Origin: Eledone cirrhosa
Taxonomy: Eukaryota
Length of the DNA stretch: 64,000 nucleotides
Assembly: GCA_964016885.1 (NCBI GenBank)
Contig: CAXHJY010001675.1
Location: 19,157-83,156 of the forward strand
Direction of reading: 5' to 3'
Within the stretch, counting starts at the first letter, position 1. Every line of letters starts with the position of its first letter. Shown here in pieces: positions 1 to 12,930 of this stretch. The position numbers were made by a program, and so were the translations under genes. The notes under the pieces are model-generated. The model was given only the letters and a program-made list of their open reading frames with translations. It had not been told where the DNA came from and did not search any database.

Positions 1-1032
1 ATCACTTATATCTGTACTAAATTATTCTGACAATTATGTTTTAAATAGAGAAGTATATGAAGGGAATTTTTTTATTAATGATATATTCACTCAAGAGAAG
101 AGTATATTCTCTTAAAGAAATTTCTAGAAAATGGAAAAGATCTGTTGATTTATTTGACACTTTGGACAGACAGCTGAGAAATATATTTGTCCAAATGTGG
201 TATTACATTGCTGTACAGTTATATTTGAATAAAATACATAAACCATTGCAGAAAATATTTCATCATAACAAAGGTTACATGTATGAAATCTTGTATGTGT
301 GTTCTTATATTTTATATACATTCTTTCATGTTTCATATATTCTGGTGTGAAGTTTATAAGGATTCTTTTGTTATATTCATAGCATGAGCTTGTCATAATT
401 CTTTTGTCTTATATATAGTATGAGTTTGTCACAATTCTTTTGTATGTTTTGAAAGAGAGGAAGGGAAAATGAAGAAAGATTGCAGTGGTTTGATACTAAA
501 CCAGCCTGGGTTCTATGATACAAAATTGTTTGTATACAGTCCTATGCGAGCAAGACAACCACTCTTGCCTCAAGTGGGAAAACTCCTGTCCAAACCCATG
601 CAAGCATGGAACACGGACGTTAAACGATGATGATGATGATGATGATCTAAAAGCCTTCCATCATAATTTTTTGCTAAATTATGTTCCAAATATCAATTTC
701 ATAATCAGAAAATTATATTAAATTTCTCAAAATCTGTATCATTAGAATTGTGATAACAAAAGAGTTAAAAAAGATTGAAGTTGTTTGTGAATTAATGAAA
801 TTTGTGAAGGCTTGTCCCTTAAATAGGGAAAACTATCCATGAGTGTGTTGAAGCTTTCTCAATTGGCTGATATTGAATCGGGGTAATATGCTAGAAAAAA
901 ATAATGCATTTTCTCACATTTAGAAAGGAAATCCAACTACTTACGGCAGAGCAGAAGGCCATGATTGTTTTGGGGAGAAAAGACATGGGAGTCAGGAGGT
1001 TTGTAATGCTCAATCAACTTGCAACAGTTTAA

Positions 1033-1251
1033 CCCTTTAGCATTTACATTACTCTATATCTACTATTGTATTTTTGTGGCGAAGGCTTTATCTTACATAA
1101 TTATCTTACATAATACTGAATCTGAGATTTTGATATAATTTATTTTTAGAACAATACCTCAACATCAGTATGAGCGGCCGGTTATAACTGGTTTGAACAG
1201 AAAGGGGTAAGAGAATTCTGGGTGGATATGGCCGATTTAAATGCTAACTGG
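1033..1251. mobile_element. piggyBac-type MITE
   Basis: TTAA on both sides, TIR CCCTTTAGCATTTA / TAAATGCTAACTGG. Homologous copies at 41819 and 63494. Confidence 0.75.
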
Positions 1252-1483
1252 TTAAGCAGAACATGAACAGCAACAATCCATTTTTGGAGGAGCTGTGAAG
1301 GCCATGAATGTTACTCTTTTCCCCCAAGATACCAAATAAAAGAAAATGTGAAAATGTGTGAGCTAGCCTTAGTAATGGAGATGTTCATAAAGTGTCAAGG
1401 CAGAGCTAAAATTCAAAGCTGGATGGAAATAGTTTATTCCTAATGTTCTATAAAGTATGAATCTGGTTTAGGTCCAGTCAATT

Positions 1484-1578
1484 GGCATGGCTGTGTGGTT
1501 AAAATGTTTGTATCACAATCATGTGGACTTGGGTTCTATACCATTATTTGGCATTTTGAGCAAGTGGCTTCTACTGAC
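1484..1578 (+). mobile_element. Degenerate tRNA-derived SINE head
   Basis: A-box-like TGGCTGTGTGG, B-box-like GGTTCTATACC, then TTGAGCAAGTG. A similar remnant lies near 31890. Confidence 0.5.
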
Positions 1579-2001
1579 AACACCATGATAAATGCACCCA
1601 TTACATCTTGTAAGGTGGTTGATGATAGGATGAGCATATTACTGTAGAAACCATACCAAAATGTTCATGAGGACTCTTAGCCTTGTCAGAGGTACAACAA
1701 CCTCTCTAATGTTGGTGAACTACATAATAAATGCACCCAGTAAACTCTGTACAGTGATTGGTGGTAGGAAAGGCATCCAATTGTAGAAAACCTGCCAAAC
1801 AAAGGGTTGGGAAAACTTCAGCTATACCAAAAACATGAGAACTTCCTTAGAGTTGGTGCCACTGTAAAAGGCATTTGGTTGAGTGCAGGATCATATGCTG
1901 AGTCCATAGCCCACCTGGAGTTTAGAGGTTCTACTTGAGTATTGACCAGTCTGTGATGATATGTACAACCTTTGCTAGCATGGAAAGTGGATTTTAAATA
2001 A

Positions 2002-2160
2002 TTGTTTCTACTTTTGGCACAAGGCCAGCAATTACCCAGTACATTACTGGTACTTTATTTTATCGATCCCGTAAGGATGAAAGGCAAAGTTGACCTTGGC
2101 GGGATTTGAACTCTATGCGTCAAAGCATGGCGTCCGACCCTCTACCGATCCACCGTCCCT
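2002..2160 (-). mobile_element. tRNA-derived SINE (Meta-domain-like core)
   Basis: B-box GAGTTCAAATCC, core AACTTTGCCTTTCATCCTTACGGG.TCGATAAAATAAAGTACCAG, tail GGCCTTGTGCCAAAAGTAGAAACAATT. Confidence 0.75.
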
Positions 2161-2859
2161 AGTGGATGTTAAATAATGATATATAGCATTTTGCCATCAA
2201 AACAATTTAAACTTGATTGTAAGGCTTATATGCATTGAAATAACCTCTTTAGTGTTCGTGATCTACACAATAATCATATCCTGTACACACTAAAATGATT
2301 GAAGATAAGGGCATCCAGCCATAGAAAGCCTGCCAAAGAGTTTAGAGGACTCTTCAGTTGTGTCAAAGATATGACAACCTCCTTAATGCTGGTGCCATGA
2401 TTAAATGCATTCAGTGTATGTAATTGAGATATAGGACACTAGTTTGTATCAGAGGTCAGTAGCTTCTCTTGAGTACTTGACAATCCATCCAAACTTTGCT
2501 AACAGAGAAAATGAGTATTGAATATTGATGATGTATATCACAATAATTAAAACATGATCCTGTGACAACCACTTTGAGCCTTATTTGACTGGGAAGTATC
2601 GAGTTGTAGAATAACAGCTATTTATTTATGGTCATTAAAAGCATTTATCAATCTATCTACCTACCAGCTTCTGTGTCTGTTTACTGATCTATTTATTACC
2701 TACCTATATGTGTATCTATCTGTCTAGCTATCTGCTTATCTATTTATGTTTATTTCCCATGAATCCAATAGCAGTCCGAAGATAGATAGACATATATAAC
2801 AAAATCATCGTCATTTGGTGGATATATATTTGATATAAGATTAAAGAAATGAATAATAA

Positions 2860-3108
2860 TAATGAAAATATTGTGCACAATGCTCAGGTGCACTACAACT
2901 CATCAAAAGTGTATGTATAGTACATAGGGTAATGTACAAACGTCAGGAAAATGAACAGTGCATGAGTCATGATATACACATGTGTGGAAGGGGGGCGTCA
3001 GGTGTGGTTTTGGCGAATTTCGGGAAGCATGAGGGTTTTAAAGGATGCAGTGTCTCGGCAGCTAACAACTGACGCAGGCAGTTTGTTCCATGCTTCAGCA
3101 ACTCTAAG
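2860..3108 (-). mobile_element. CR1-type LINE 3' end fragment
   Basis: Near-identical to the 3' end of the 40780-41724 element. Confidence 0.75.
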
Positions 3109-3706
3109 AAAATTGATTTAATTAATGCAAAATAAAATCCAGTTGATATTTTTAAATACGTTACTTTATTTCGTTATTTTAGTTATCTTTTAAAATTTTA
3201 ATATTAAATCAGGTGATATCGTGCTTTAAGGCACACTCAAAGGGACATAACTTATGAAATATTAAATCGAAACATAGCTGTCATGTCACAACGGCGATTA
3301 CCAGAGTTATAAGACGAATGAGGTCAAGGAAATTTGGGAATTCAAGCACCTTTACATAGAATGTAATAATAAAGAAAATTATTAAATTAAATAATTTTTT
3401 TACGGATAGTATGTTAGTATATGTGTGTACGTGTCACTTCTCTTATCTTTCTTCCGGTACCATAGTTATTAAAACAGGAAAGAAGTAAACCTCATTCTGA
3501 ATAAAGAGGCTTTGCTTCGCCATTGTTTTCTTAATCAGCTTTCAATTCTGTGTCCTGGCTACCCGCTACAATATTTCTCTTGCACATCAGGTGTTGGTGC
3601 TGTCAAAACCAAGTAAAAACACCATCACCGGCATGTAAGAGGGTTTCTCCGATATAGAAACACATAATATTTGTATATATTTCACAACCAGGCTACATTG
3701 ATATAT

Positions 3707-4972
3707 GTAAGTATTATATTGAATTATCAATAGATCTCGAAATGAAAAAATCTCGCCACACACACTATGTTAATTCATGTATAAATGAATTAGTATGTTG
3801 GACAGATTAAATATATAACACTTATAAAAAAAAAATAATGGAATTATTGTGTGCAGTGCTCAGGTGAACTACAATTAAGAAAATGATTAAATATAGTCAG
3901 TGTACCTATGCATATATGTATTAGTATGTATAAATAAATGGTAAATTTTAACATAAACACTCGTCTCGGGTTCGAGTAAAAATTTGTTTTGTTTTGTTCC
4001 TTTCTGTGCTTTTTTAACGAATCTGACTTCGAAACCCGACAGAAATTATTTGTGATATCAAAGAGGGAAGAATATTTTGAAAAACAACAAATTCGAATGC
4101 CCATATTTGACACGAAGCCTTTCTGATACTCATAATTAAAAATGAAACTGATAAAACGAATAATTTCAGATAGTTTTGAAGGTTAGATTCGTTTGAAACA
4201 CACTAAAAAATCTAGGAAAGATTGTAATGAAATATTCGAGGATGGGTAAGTTCGAAGTTCGCCCCTTTTCTCCTCTTTGTATCTGAAAAACAAGTAGTAT
4301 CTGACTGGTTTCGAGGTCATAATCGTTGAAAACACACGTAAAAAGAGGGGGGCGGGGTCTGTGTATAGTATCTCCTGGCCAATGCAATTTCATTCATAAT
4401 GTGGTATTGCATAATATTGAGCCCGTGTAACACAACGCCAGGAATTGCATTTGAGATAACACAGCATCAAAAGGGCATGGAAAAACAAGGGAGTGTCTTT
4501 CGACTACGACAGCAGGCAAGTTGTGCAAATGATAGCACCTATTTTCCCTGGTAGCAAGTCAGTACGGAGCTACTAACATCTCAGACAGGGCAGAGGCCTC
4601 ATCTCACTCTATAGTTGTATGTATGTATGTGCATATATATATATATATATATATATACTCGAGTAATAGTCGATCTCATATAAAAGTCGACTCCCTATTT
4701 TTGGCCAAAAAAATTGGGAATTTTCTCGTATCAAATTCGACCCTAGTATTTCACGAACATATAAATTAAAGAAAAATTTCTGAAACGAGATCGATTGTCA
4801 ATGCTATCCATATATATGTGTATATCCAGTTTAGAATAAGTATACAATATATAGCAATGTTAAAGGTTTTTATCTATAATTTATTAGTATATAAATGTAG
4901 TAAAATTTCCACTGTTGAATCTCTACTTTTTAAGTATCCTCACTTTCATACACTATTTCTTTATTATTTCAG
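3707..4972 (+). other. Putative 5'-UTR intron of the ZNF gene
   Basis: GTAAGT donor at 3707 and a pyrimidine tract ending TTTCAG at 4972, upstream of the ATG at 5416. No transcript evidence. Confidence 0.35.
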
Positions 4973-5415
4973 ATTATCTGATGACATTGGCATAAAATTA
5001 TTTATCATCTTGTGGAGATGTTACATAGAACCTTGTTTATATAAATCTGTGGTTGAATTACTGTGAAATATTTCCTCTGAACTGAGATTAATATCAACAT
5101 TTTTCTACCTCACTCACTGCCTGGAATATGTATAAGATAATTTTATATTACCTTTAATTTTAGGCAAAATTACTATGAAGATATAATTGGCTTCTCTACC
5201 AAAAATTTCAAATCTGGATACATCTTGATAATGGGTTTTAAATTACTGGTTGCTCCTTATAACAAGATAGTTTGTTTTTAATTGTTTGTAGCATCTTCAC
5301 ATTTTAACAAAGATCACAGTTGATCAAAATACAGTTGGAGAAATATTTGTTACAAATCAAATATATATCCTAACACAAGAGAAATATATGTATATTGTAT
5401 TGAAAGAAGAAAATT

Positions 5416-7362
5416 ATGGAAACTGAGTTATGTGAAAACCAGATTAAATATGAAACGGACACTATTGTTTTTCCTGATGAAATATTTAAACAGATAAAAA
5501 AACCACCATATCACTGTGATATCTGTAAAAAGTCATTCTCTAAAAATAGTAACTTAACTCGACACAAACGTATTCATACTCGAGAGAAACCATATCACTG
5601 TGATATTTGTAAAAAGTCATTCTCTAAAAAAAGTAACTTAACTCGACACAAACGTGTTCATACTCGAGAGAAACCATATCACTGTGATATTTGTGGTAAA
5701 TCATTCTCCACAATAGTTCACTCAACTTCTCACAAACGCATTCATACAGGAGATAGGCCATTTCAGTGTGATGTCTGTGATAAATCATTTGCTATCGATA
5801 GTCACTTAACTATTCACAAACGTATTCATACAGGGGAGAAACCATATAACTGTGAAATCTGTGGTAGATCATTCTCTCAGACAAGTCACTTAACTACTCA
5901 CATACGTATTCATACAGGAGAGAAGCCATTTCACTGTGATGTTTGTGGTAAATCATTCTCTGTAACATGTAGTTTAACTAAACATAAACGCATTCATACA
6001 GGAGAGAAACCATATCATTGCGATATCTGTGGTAAATCATTCTCTATAGATAGTCACTTAACAACTCACAAACGCATTCATACAGGAGAGAAACCATTTC
6101 TCTGTGAAGTATGTGGCAAATCCTTCTCTCGAAGAAGTTACTTGACTTCTCATGAACGTATTCACACAGGAGATAAACCATATTACTGTAGTACCTGTGG
6201 TAAATCTTTCTCCCAAAATGGGGACTTAACTATTCACAAACGTATTCATATGAGAGATAAAACATATCAGTGTAAAATCTGTGGTAAAACATTTTCTAGG
6301 AGGGGTCCCTTGACTTTTCATCAACGCATTCATACAGGAGATAAAACAAACCACAGTGATATTTATGGTAAATCATTCTCAACCACCATTCTCTCAACTT
6401 CTCACAAAGGCATTCATACAAGAAAGAAACCATTTCACTGTGCTAAATCAATTTCTATAGATGGTCACTTAACTACTCATAAACCTGTTTGTACTGCAGA
6501 GAAACCATATCACTATGAGATTTGTAATAAATCATCCTCTCTAGATAGTCACTTAACTAAACACAAACAGATTCATACAAAAGAAAAGCCATATCAATGT
6601 GATATCTGTGGAAATTTATTCTCTACACATAGCCAATTATCTATTCATAAACACATCCATACTGGAGAGAAATCATATCAATGTGATATTTCTGGTAAAT
6701 CATTTTCTCAAAGTGGTAGCTTAACTACTCAGAAACTTATTCATACAGATGATAAATTGTATATCTGCAATATGTGTGGTGAATCATTCTCTCAAAAAAA
6801 TGTCTTCATTGCTCATCAATGTATTCATAAGGGAGAAAAGCCACATCACAGTAATATCTCTGATAATTCAATCTCTACAATAGCTCACTCAACTTCTTAC
6901 AAATACATTAATTCAGGAGATAGGCCATTTCAGTGTGATATCTGTGATAAATCATTTGCTATAGATAGTCACTTAACTATTCATAAACGTATTCATACAG
7001 GGGAGAAGCCATACCAGTGTGAGATCTGTGGTAAATCATTCTCTCAAGCAAATCATTTAACTACTCACATACGTATTCATACAGGAGAGAAGCCATTTCA
7101 CTGCAATATCTGTGGTAAATCATTCTCTGTTACATGTAGCTTAACAAAACACAAACGCATTCATACAGGAGAGAAACCATATCATTGTGATATCTGTGGT
7201 AAATCATTCTCTATAGATAGTCACTTAACTACACACAAACGCGTTCATACAGGAGAGAAGCCATTTCTCTGTGATATATGTGGTAAATCATTCTCTCGAA
7301 GAAATTACTTGACTTTTCATGAACACATTCATATTAAAGATACCATATATACTAGAATATAA
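5416..7362 (+). CDS. C2H2 zinc-finger array protein, 648 aa, 22 finger units (17 intact, 5 degenerate)
   Basis: Uninterrupted ORF of CxxC-x12-HxxxH repeats with TGEKP-type linkers and no recognisable effector domain. Units 11-13, 15 and 17 have lost Cys/His ligands. Confidence 0.95.
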   Translation: METELCENQIKYETDTIVFPDEIFKQIKKPPYHCDICKKSFSKNSNLTRHKRIHTREKPYHCDICKKSFSKKSNLTRHKRVHTREKPYHCDICGKSFSTIVHSTSHKRIHTGDRPFQCDVCDKSFAIDSHLTIHKRIHTGEKPYNCEICGRSFSQTSHLTTHIRIHTGEKPFHCDVCGKSFSVTCSLTKHKRIHTGEKPYHCDICGKSFSIDSHLTTHKRIHTGEKPFLCEVCGKSFSRRSYLTSHERIHTGDKPYYCSTCGKSFSQNGDLTIHKRIHMRDKTYQCKICGKTFSRRGPLTFHQRIHTGDKTNHSDIYGKSFSTTILSTSHKGIHTRKKPFHCAKSISIDGHLTTHKPVCTAEKPYHYEICNKSSSLDSHLTKHKQIHTKEKPYQCDICGNLFSTHSQLSIHKHIHTGEKSYQCDISGKSFSQSGSLTTQKLIHTDDKLYICNMCGESFSQKNVFIAHQCIHKGEKPHHSNISDNSISTIAHSTSYKYINSGDRPFQCDICDKSFAIDSHLTIHKRIHTGEKPYQCEICGKSFSQANHLTTHIRIHTGEKPFHCNICGKSFSVTCSLTKHKRIHTGEKPYHCDICGKSFSIDSHLTTHKRVHTGEKPFLCDICGKSFSRRNYLTFHEHIHIKDTIYTRI

Positions 7363-8127
7363 TCCGAGGAATGTGTAGCCAAAAAACCAATGGTAAAATG
7401 TGGACTTATATTCAGCGTCTATATTTTGACGATTTTCACCAACTCCAAATTCTACGTAAATAAGGTGCTAAAATATCTGGAGTGATTATTTCACAATAAA
7501 ACACTGTTTTTCTACATTTACTATATTGTCAGTTTTATTTATGCATTGCCTTGAGAACATTCCCAACAAATATTTGAACTTTTTAAGACATAAATATCCC
7601 CTACACATATATGCATGTGCAGCAACCATTTTTCTCTGACTAAATTATACTTTTTCTTTCAATCTTGATTTGTTTTATTTTGCTTGCTCTCTCTTGCTTG
7701 TTGTCTCTTTCCTCCCTCTTCTACTCTGAATCCTTACACAGTGTTCTCTTAGTTGATCTCTTTCAACTATTCCATTTTTATTTTTATTTCCACCACCACC
7801 AAGGGTTTTTAATGATCACCATAACAGTTAAAGAAAGTCTTTTTTTTTTAAATAATACCTTAAACTAAAAATATATCTCTATTTCTTTATATTGTATTAA
7901 TATGAAATTTTCTCATGCTTTTATTTTCTAATTATAAAGAAATAAAAACGACACTTAAACATTTTAAATATCAAAACATTAAATCTTCATAAATATTTTC
8001 TCCACTCGTGAGAATTTCAAAACCGTGCCATATGTGTTAAGCTGCCTTGGCTTATAAACAGAGTTTGGACTTTTGCTGATTTCTAAGACATAAAGTTGGA
8101 TTGTGGGTGGGGGCTGCTTATATATGG
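7343..8127. mobile_element. Tc1/mariner (pogo/Tigger-like) non-autonomous element inserted in the ZNF array
   Basis: TA at 7341-42 and 8128-29, terminal inverted repeat CCATATATA...TATATATGG. Removing it restores the zinc-finger reading frame. A related end (TATATACTCGAGTA) lies near 4652. Confidence 0.8.
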
Positions 8128-8129
8128 TA

Positions 8130-8315
8130 AGTCATGTCATGGTGATATATGTGGTAAATCATTCTCTGAAAGAAGCCAGTTAGCTACTCACGTGTGTATT
8201 CACACAGGAAAGACTCTATAACACTGATGGCTGAGGTAAATTTTCTCTTTAAAATCTAACTTAGACACAAGCATCATCACAGATGAGAAAAGCCATATTG
8301 CTCGTATGTAAATCT
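8130..8315 (+). pseudogene. Orphaned, decayed 3' zinc fingers of the 5416 ZNF gene
   Basis: Reads [30 protein letters not shown], followed by further eroded finger sequence. Confidence 0.8.
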
Positions 8316-8507
8316 TTCTTATGCTTTTTTTTAACAAAAGATTAAGTGTAACACTGAATAGCATTGTATGAAAGATATACCTTATTTAACTAAAATTGAC
8401 AAGAGAGCAGATATAACAGTGTGATAACAAACTTTGAACACTTTTATATAATGACATGTTTCTACTTTGGTGAGATTAACTTGATATAAGTATTCTTTCA
8501 AAATACT

Positions 8508-9166
8508 TATATAAGTGAGAAATTAGGCATAAGAGGGATCAGATGCAGTTTACTTGAGAGGATATTACATCAGTATGGTCATGTGATGCGTATGAAGGAT
8601 GACAGCTGTATAAAAAAGTGCAGGGCAATCAAAATTGATGAAGCTATGGGGTAGGTAGATCAGAAAAACCTGAGACGAGGTGATAAAAGCTGACCTTGCA
8701 CACTTGCACCTCTCTAAGACAATGTCACAGGATTGAGATCTTTGGCGCTTTGTAGTAATACAGAAAACCCGTCTTCCCTTACGTGTGAACTTAAACCTAC
8801 AGCCAGTAGGCACCTCTTAACCCAATATACACCCTACTCCTACACCTCCCTCCCACTTCCGCTCACACCACCCTTCCTCTGTAAAGTTATGTTGGTACTA
8901 CAAAACATCCAGCCGACACTGTAAACTGGTTATGTAGGTGTCACGACGAAAAGCACCCAGTCCACACTGTAAAGGGATCATGTAGGAGACAAGGCAAAAA
9001 TCATCCAGCGCACACTGTAAATGTGGTTGGTGCTAGGAAGGGCATCTAGCCGCAGAAACAGTCTTATACGAGCGAGACACGGTCACCCGACCCAACTTGC
9101 CTCAAGTGGCACAAACCCGTCAAACCCATACTAGCATGGAAGATAAATGTTAAACGATGATGATGA
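8508..9166 (+). mobile_element. RTE LINE 3' end with (GAT)n tail
   Basis: YGHVMRMKDDSCIKKC remnant, shared 3' UTR, ends TAAACGATGATGATGAT. A tail-only copy is at about 540-646. Confidence 0.8.
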
Positions 9167-9369
9167 TATATTCCATTTTTAAAAATTTAGAGAAGGAGAA
9201 ACAGTCGTGTTGATATTTTCGTCAATGTGGACAAGCAACTATCCCTGAGATTACCTTCAGGGATAGTTGCTTGGATGATGGATCATGCCTTAACCACTCG
9301 TATTGTAAACCAAGTAATACAAAATGGTGCCATACCAATGACTAGCATAGCAGCAGAATCGTCAACTGC

Positions 9370-11022
9370 TACAAGGACAAGGAGATGATCTTGACAAAGA
9401 AAACTATAGAGGCATCAAGTTGATTGACCAGATGATGAAGGTCATAGAAAGAGTTATAGAACAGCTGATCAGGGACTGAGTTAACCTAGATGAGATGCAG
9501 TTTGGACTTGTGTCAGGTAAAAGTACTATTGATGTCCTCTTCCTTGTGAGGCAACTACAGAAGTACCTAACTAAAAGTAAACCCCTCTACTTGGCATTTG
9601 TTGATCTGGAGAATGCTTTTGACAGTCTCCCCTTCCATTACATGGTGGGCTCTTAGAAAACTATAAGTAAATGAGTGGCTTGCAAAAGCAGTACAAACCA
9701 TGTGTAGAGGAACAGTCAGCAAAGCTAGAATTAATAACGACTATAGCAAAGAATTTAGCATGCAGGTAGGAGTCCATCAGGGCTCTGTTCTTAGCCCTCT
9801 CCAGTTTATTATCATCCTGCAGGTTATAAAAGAAGTGTTTAAAACTGGTTGCCCATGGGAACTTCTGAATGCAGATGATCTAACCCTTATAGCTGAATCT
9901 ATGGCAGAACTAGAGAGGAAATTCCAAATCTGGAAGCAAGGCCTAGAATCTAAAGGTCTTAAAGTCAACTTGGCAAAGACGAAAGCCCTAGAATGTAGAA
10001 ATGAGAACAGGGCCCAGATTCCCTCATGGAAATGGCCTTGCTCAGAGTGTAGGAAAGGAGTAGGTAGAAATTCCATCCTATGCCCCAACTGTAAACTATA
10101 TACACAAGAGATGTAGTGAGATTTCAGGTAGGCTAACAATGAATGCATGTTTTATATGTTGTTGCACAGGTGCAGTAAGTAGCAAGAGCCCACAGGATAC
10201 TAGCTCCTTCAAATGTCCAGAGGTCTTGGTAGAAATAGTTGATAGTTTCTGTTACTTGGGCGACCAAATCAGCAACAAAGGTGGGTATTACAAAAGTACA
10301 GTAGCCAGAGTGAGAACAGGATGGAGAAAGTTCAGGGAGCTACTACCATTGATAATTACTAAAGGATTTTCCCTCAAAATGAATGGTAGATTGTATGATG
10401 TGTGTATGTGAACAGCAATATTACATGGTAATGAGACCTGGGTGCTGTGTGCAGAGGACCTGCAAATATTGGAAATATGTGACGGCAAAGCATAATTGAA
10501 CTGAGAGAGAAACTGGGCATAAGAGGGATTAGATGAAGTGTGCAGGAGAGAAGAATGCGTTGGTATGAACATGTGATGCATATGAAGGACGAGAGTTGTA
10601 AAAAAAGATGCAGTGCATTCAAAGTTGATGGAAGCTATGGAGTAGAAAAATTGGGGATGAAGTGATAAAAACTGACCTCACACAATTGCACCTCTTGAAG
10701 GCGATAACACAAGATCGAGATCTCTGGTGTTATGCAGTAATACAGAAGACCGGCCTTCCCCTGTGCATGGGTTGAAGCATTCATCTTGTATGCACTACCT
10801 ACCCCTACCCCTTTAATACATCTCCCACATCCTAACACTCCACCCATGTCCTAACAACCCACACTTCATCCATGTCCAAACCCCCACTCAGTCCCCAGTC
10901 CACACTGCAAAGTGGTCATTTAGGTGTCACCACAAAAAGCACTCTAAATGTGGTTGGCATTAGGGAGGACATCCAGCCGTAGAAATCAAGCCAGAAATAG
11001 TTCTGTATGAGCAAGACACAGT
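9370..11022 (+). mobile_element. Degenerate RTE LINE (RT, PHD finger, 3' UTR)
   Basis: QVGVHQGSVLSPL, ELLNADDL, WPCSECRKG, with multiple stops and frameshifts. Confidence 0.85.
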
Positions 11023-11084
11023 CATATATATATGTATACACACACACATGTGTGTATATATGTATATAAATGTATGTATGTATG

Positions 11085-11116
<32 letters not shown>

Positions 11117-11117
<1 letters not shown>

Positions 11118-11540
11118 CTTTTTCATCTTAACTCTCCTGCTCTGAGCCAGTGTTACAGTAAGGTGCATACAATAGTCCACTGTAATGATAAAAAGGTAGG
11201 GAGCCAATGTATCTCCCTGGAGCACTCCAGCACGTATCTCAAAGAACTTCATCATGCCATCAGGTGTAATCACTTGGGCTTTGGTGTTGGTGTAGAGCAG
11301 TGATATCAGGTCCACTATCTTCTTGGGGATTCCATAAGCCTGTAAGATCTTCATCAGGCAGTGACGGTCCACAGAATCAATGATGCTGAATTTGCCGACG
11401 ACATAGTTCTGGTACAAACAGAGTGAAGGAGGCAGAGGAGTTGATGCATGAGGCGGACACTGTGTCGATGGGGAGGGGGGGGAATGAATGAGATTAAGAT
11501 GAAGTATCTGGTAGAGAATATCAAGAAGCCAGAGATTATG
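11117..11540. mobile_element. RTE-like RT fragment of another family with an internal inversion
   Basis: Minus strand 11379 to 11117: DSVDR...GVLQGDTLAPYLF...SRRVKMKK. Plus strand from 11382: DAEFADDIVL. Confidence 0.7.
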
Positions 11541-11544
11541 AATG

Positions 11545-12180
11545 TAGGCGGGAAGTCCCCCCAAAGCATTTGGGATGCCATCCAGTGCAGCCTGGCCTCA
11601 GACAGGCTCACGTGCTGGGTCGACCAGCACCGCCTTGCTTATTTCATGCAGCCTCCAAACCCCACAGTGGTGCCTGGCTCCATGCCTTGCCCTCCTTCTC
11701 CACTGGCACACAGCTGGATAACGATAGCCTGCGCATCGGCGTTTCTTTGAGGCTTGGCCTCCGGATCTGCGAGCCACATAAATGTTGCTGTGGATCCACC
11801 GTGGACTCTTTCGGCCTCCACCCGCTTTCCTGTCGCCACAGTGCCGGCCGCCTTCCACGCCATGCTGCCCTCAGCAAGGTCATAAAGCATGGCTTGGATG
11901 CTCCAGGCTTCCCTTCCCAGCTCGAGCCGGTGGGACTGGACCGAGGGGATGGCATGACCATCTTCCCGTGGATGGCAGTGGAGACTTCTGGTGTCCTTGG
12001 CCCTAGGGCTACCTGCCTACTCACCACCATAGGCCCTGAGCTGGCCAGCCGCAGATGTGAGCCTCGCGAGTTGGAATGGCTCTTTCAGCGCATCTCCCTT
12101 ACCATCCTCCGGGGAAACGCCTTCTCCATGCTGTCCGCCGGGGCTGTGGGGAGGCCAGCACGTAGGACCCCATTTGCTCA
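11545..12180 (+). mobile_element. CRE-clade (restriction-like endonuclease) non-LTR retrotransposon 3' fragment
   Basis: SGAWLHALP...LRLGL..CEPHKCCCG....GLHPLSC...RH...EP.GL.RGDG..TIFPW, AVET.G..G and QRIS..ILRGNA are hallmark CRE C-terminal motifs. Confidence 0.8.
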
Positions 12181-12534
12181 CCATACGGAGAAATGGAGAG
12201 GGCCAGAGAGATGGAGGCAATGACAGTGGGAGGTCGGCTGTTCTTTCATGTTTGCTTAGGTTACAATTACATTGTGATAGAAGCTGTGATAACCCTCTAA
12301 TGGCAATATTACATAGAATGTGGTTGTGACATCAAGCAGCTGAATCAGACGATATGTTGCAGTTACTTAGCGCAAATTTTTTTCTGCCTTTGTATCACTA
12401 TTTTTCTCTAAATATAGATTTTAAAGAATCCCCTTCTTTAAATCCATCAACCAATTACCCCAACCCATCCCAATCACCACCCTCTCCTACCACCAGAAAA
12501 TGTATAAATACCACCATATTACATTGACAGTCGT

Positions 12535-12581
12535 CTTCCTGGTGATTTCTCCCCAATGAAACAGTTCTAGTCTTGTAGAAG
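12535..12581 (+). ncRNA. Type-I hammerhead-like motif, family B (degenerate core CUGGUGA)
   Basis: CTTC-CTGGTGA-(damaged stem II)-GAA-ACAG/TTGT-A-GAAG. TATAAATA lies about 30 nt upstream. Downstream 80 nt are shared with 46953-47074. Confidence 0.55.
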
Positions 12582-12683
12582 CCATTTCTATAGTAAGTAC
12601 TTATACTCTACTATGTATTGAGTACCTTACTTACTGTGGTTACCCCCGATTGAACCTGGGATAAACACACACACACACATATA

Positions 12684-12930
12684 TGTTATATTTAAACTGA
12701 GTGTGGCTTTTCATAGATGCCGCTAAATCCCACTGCTGGTTTCTCCTCTTCCACGTGCGTCCAACTCATTAACACCGGGAGCTGCCAAAACTCATGTCCA
12801 CACCATTGCTGGTCACCACTAGAGAGAAGCCGATCTGCTGGCCCTTCCGGTCGAGCATCCTTCCGGCCAAGCACCCTTCCGGTCGAGCACTCCCCTGCTT
12901 CCGGCCACCGCACGCCACACCATACCCACA
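12684..12930 (-). repeat. 3' LTR
   Basis: TG...CA termini, direct repeat of 16503-16733. Confidence 0.9.
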
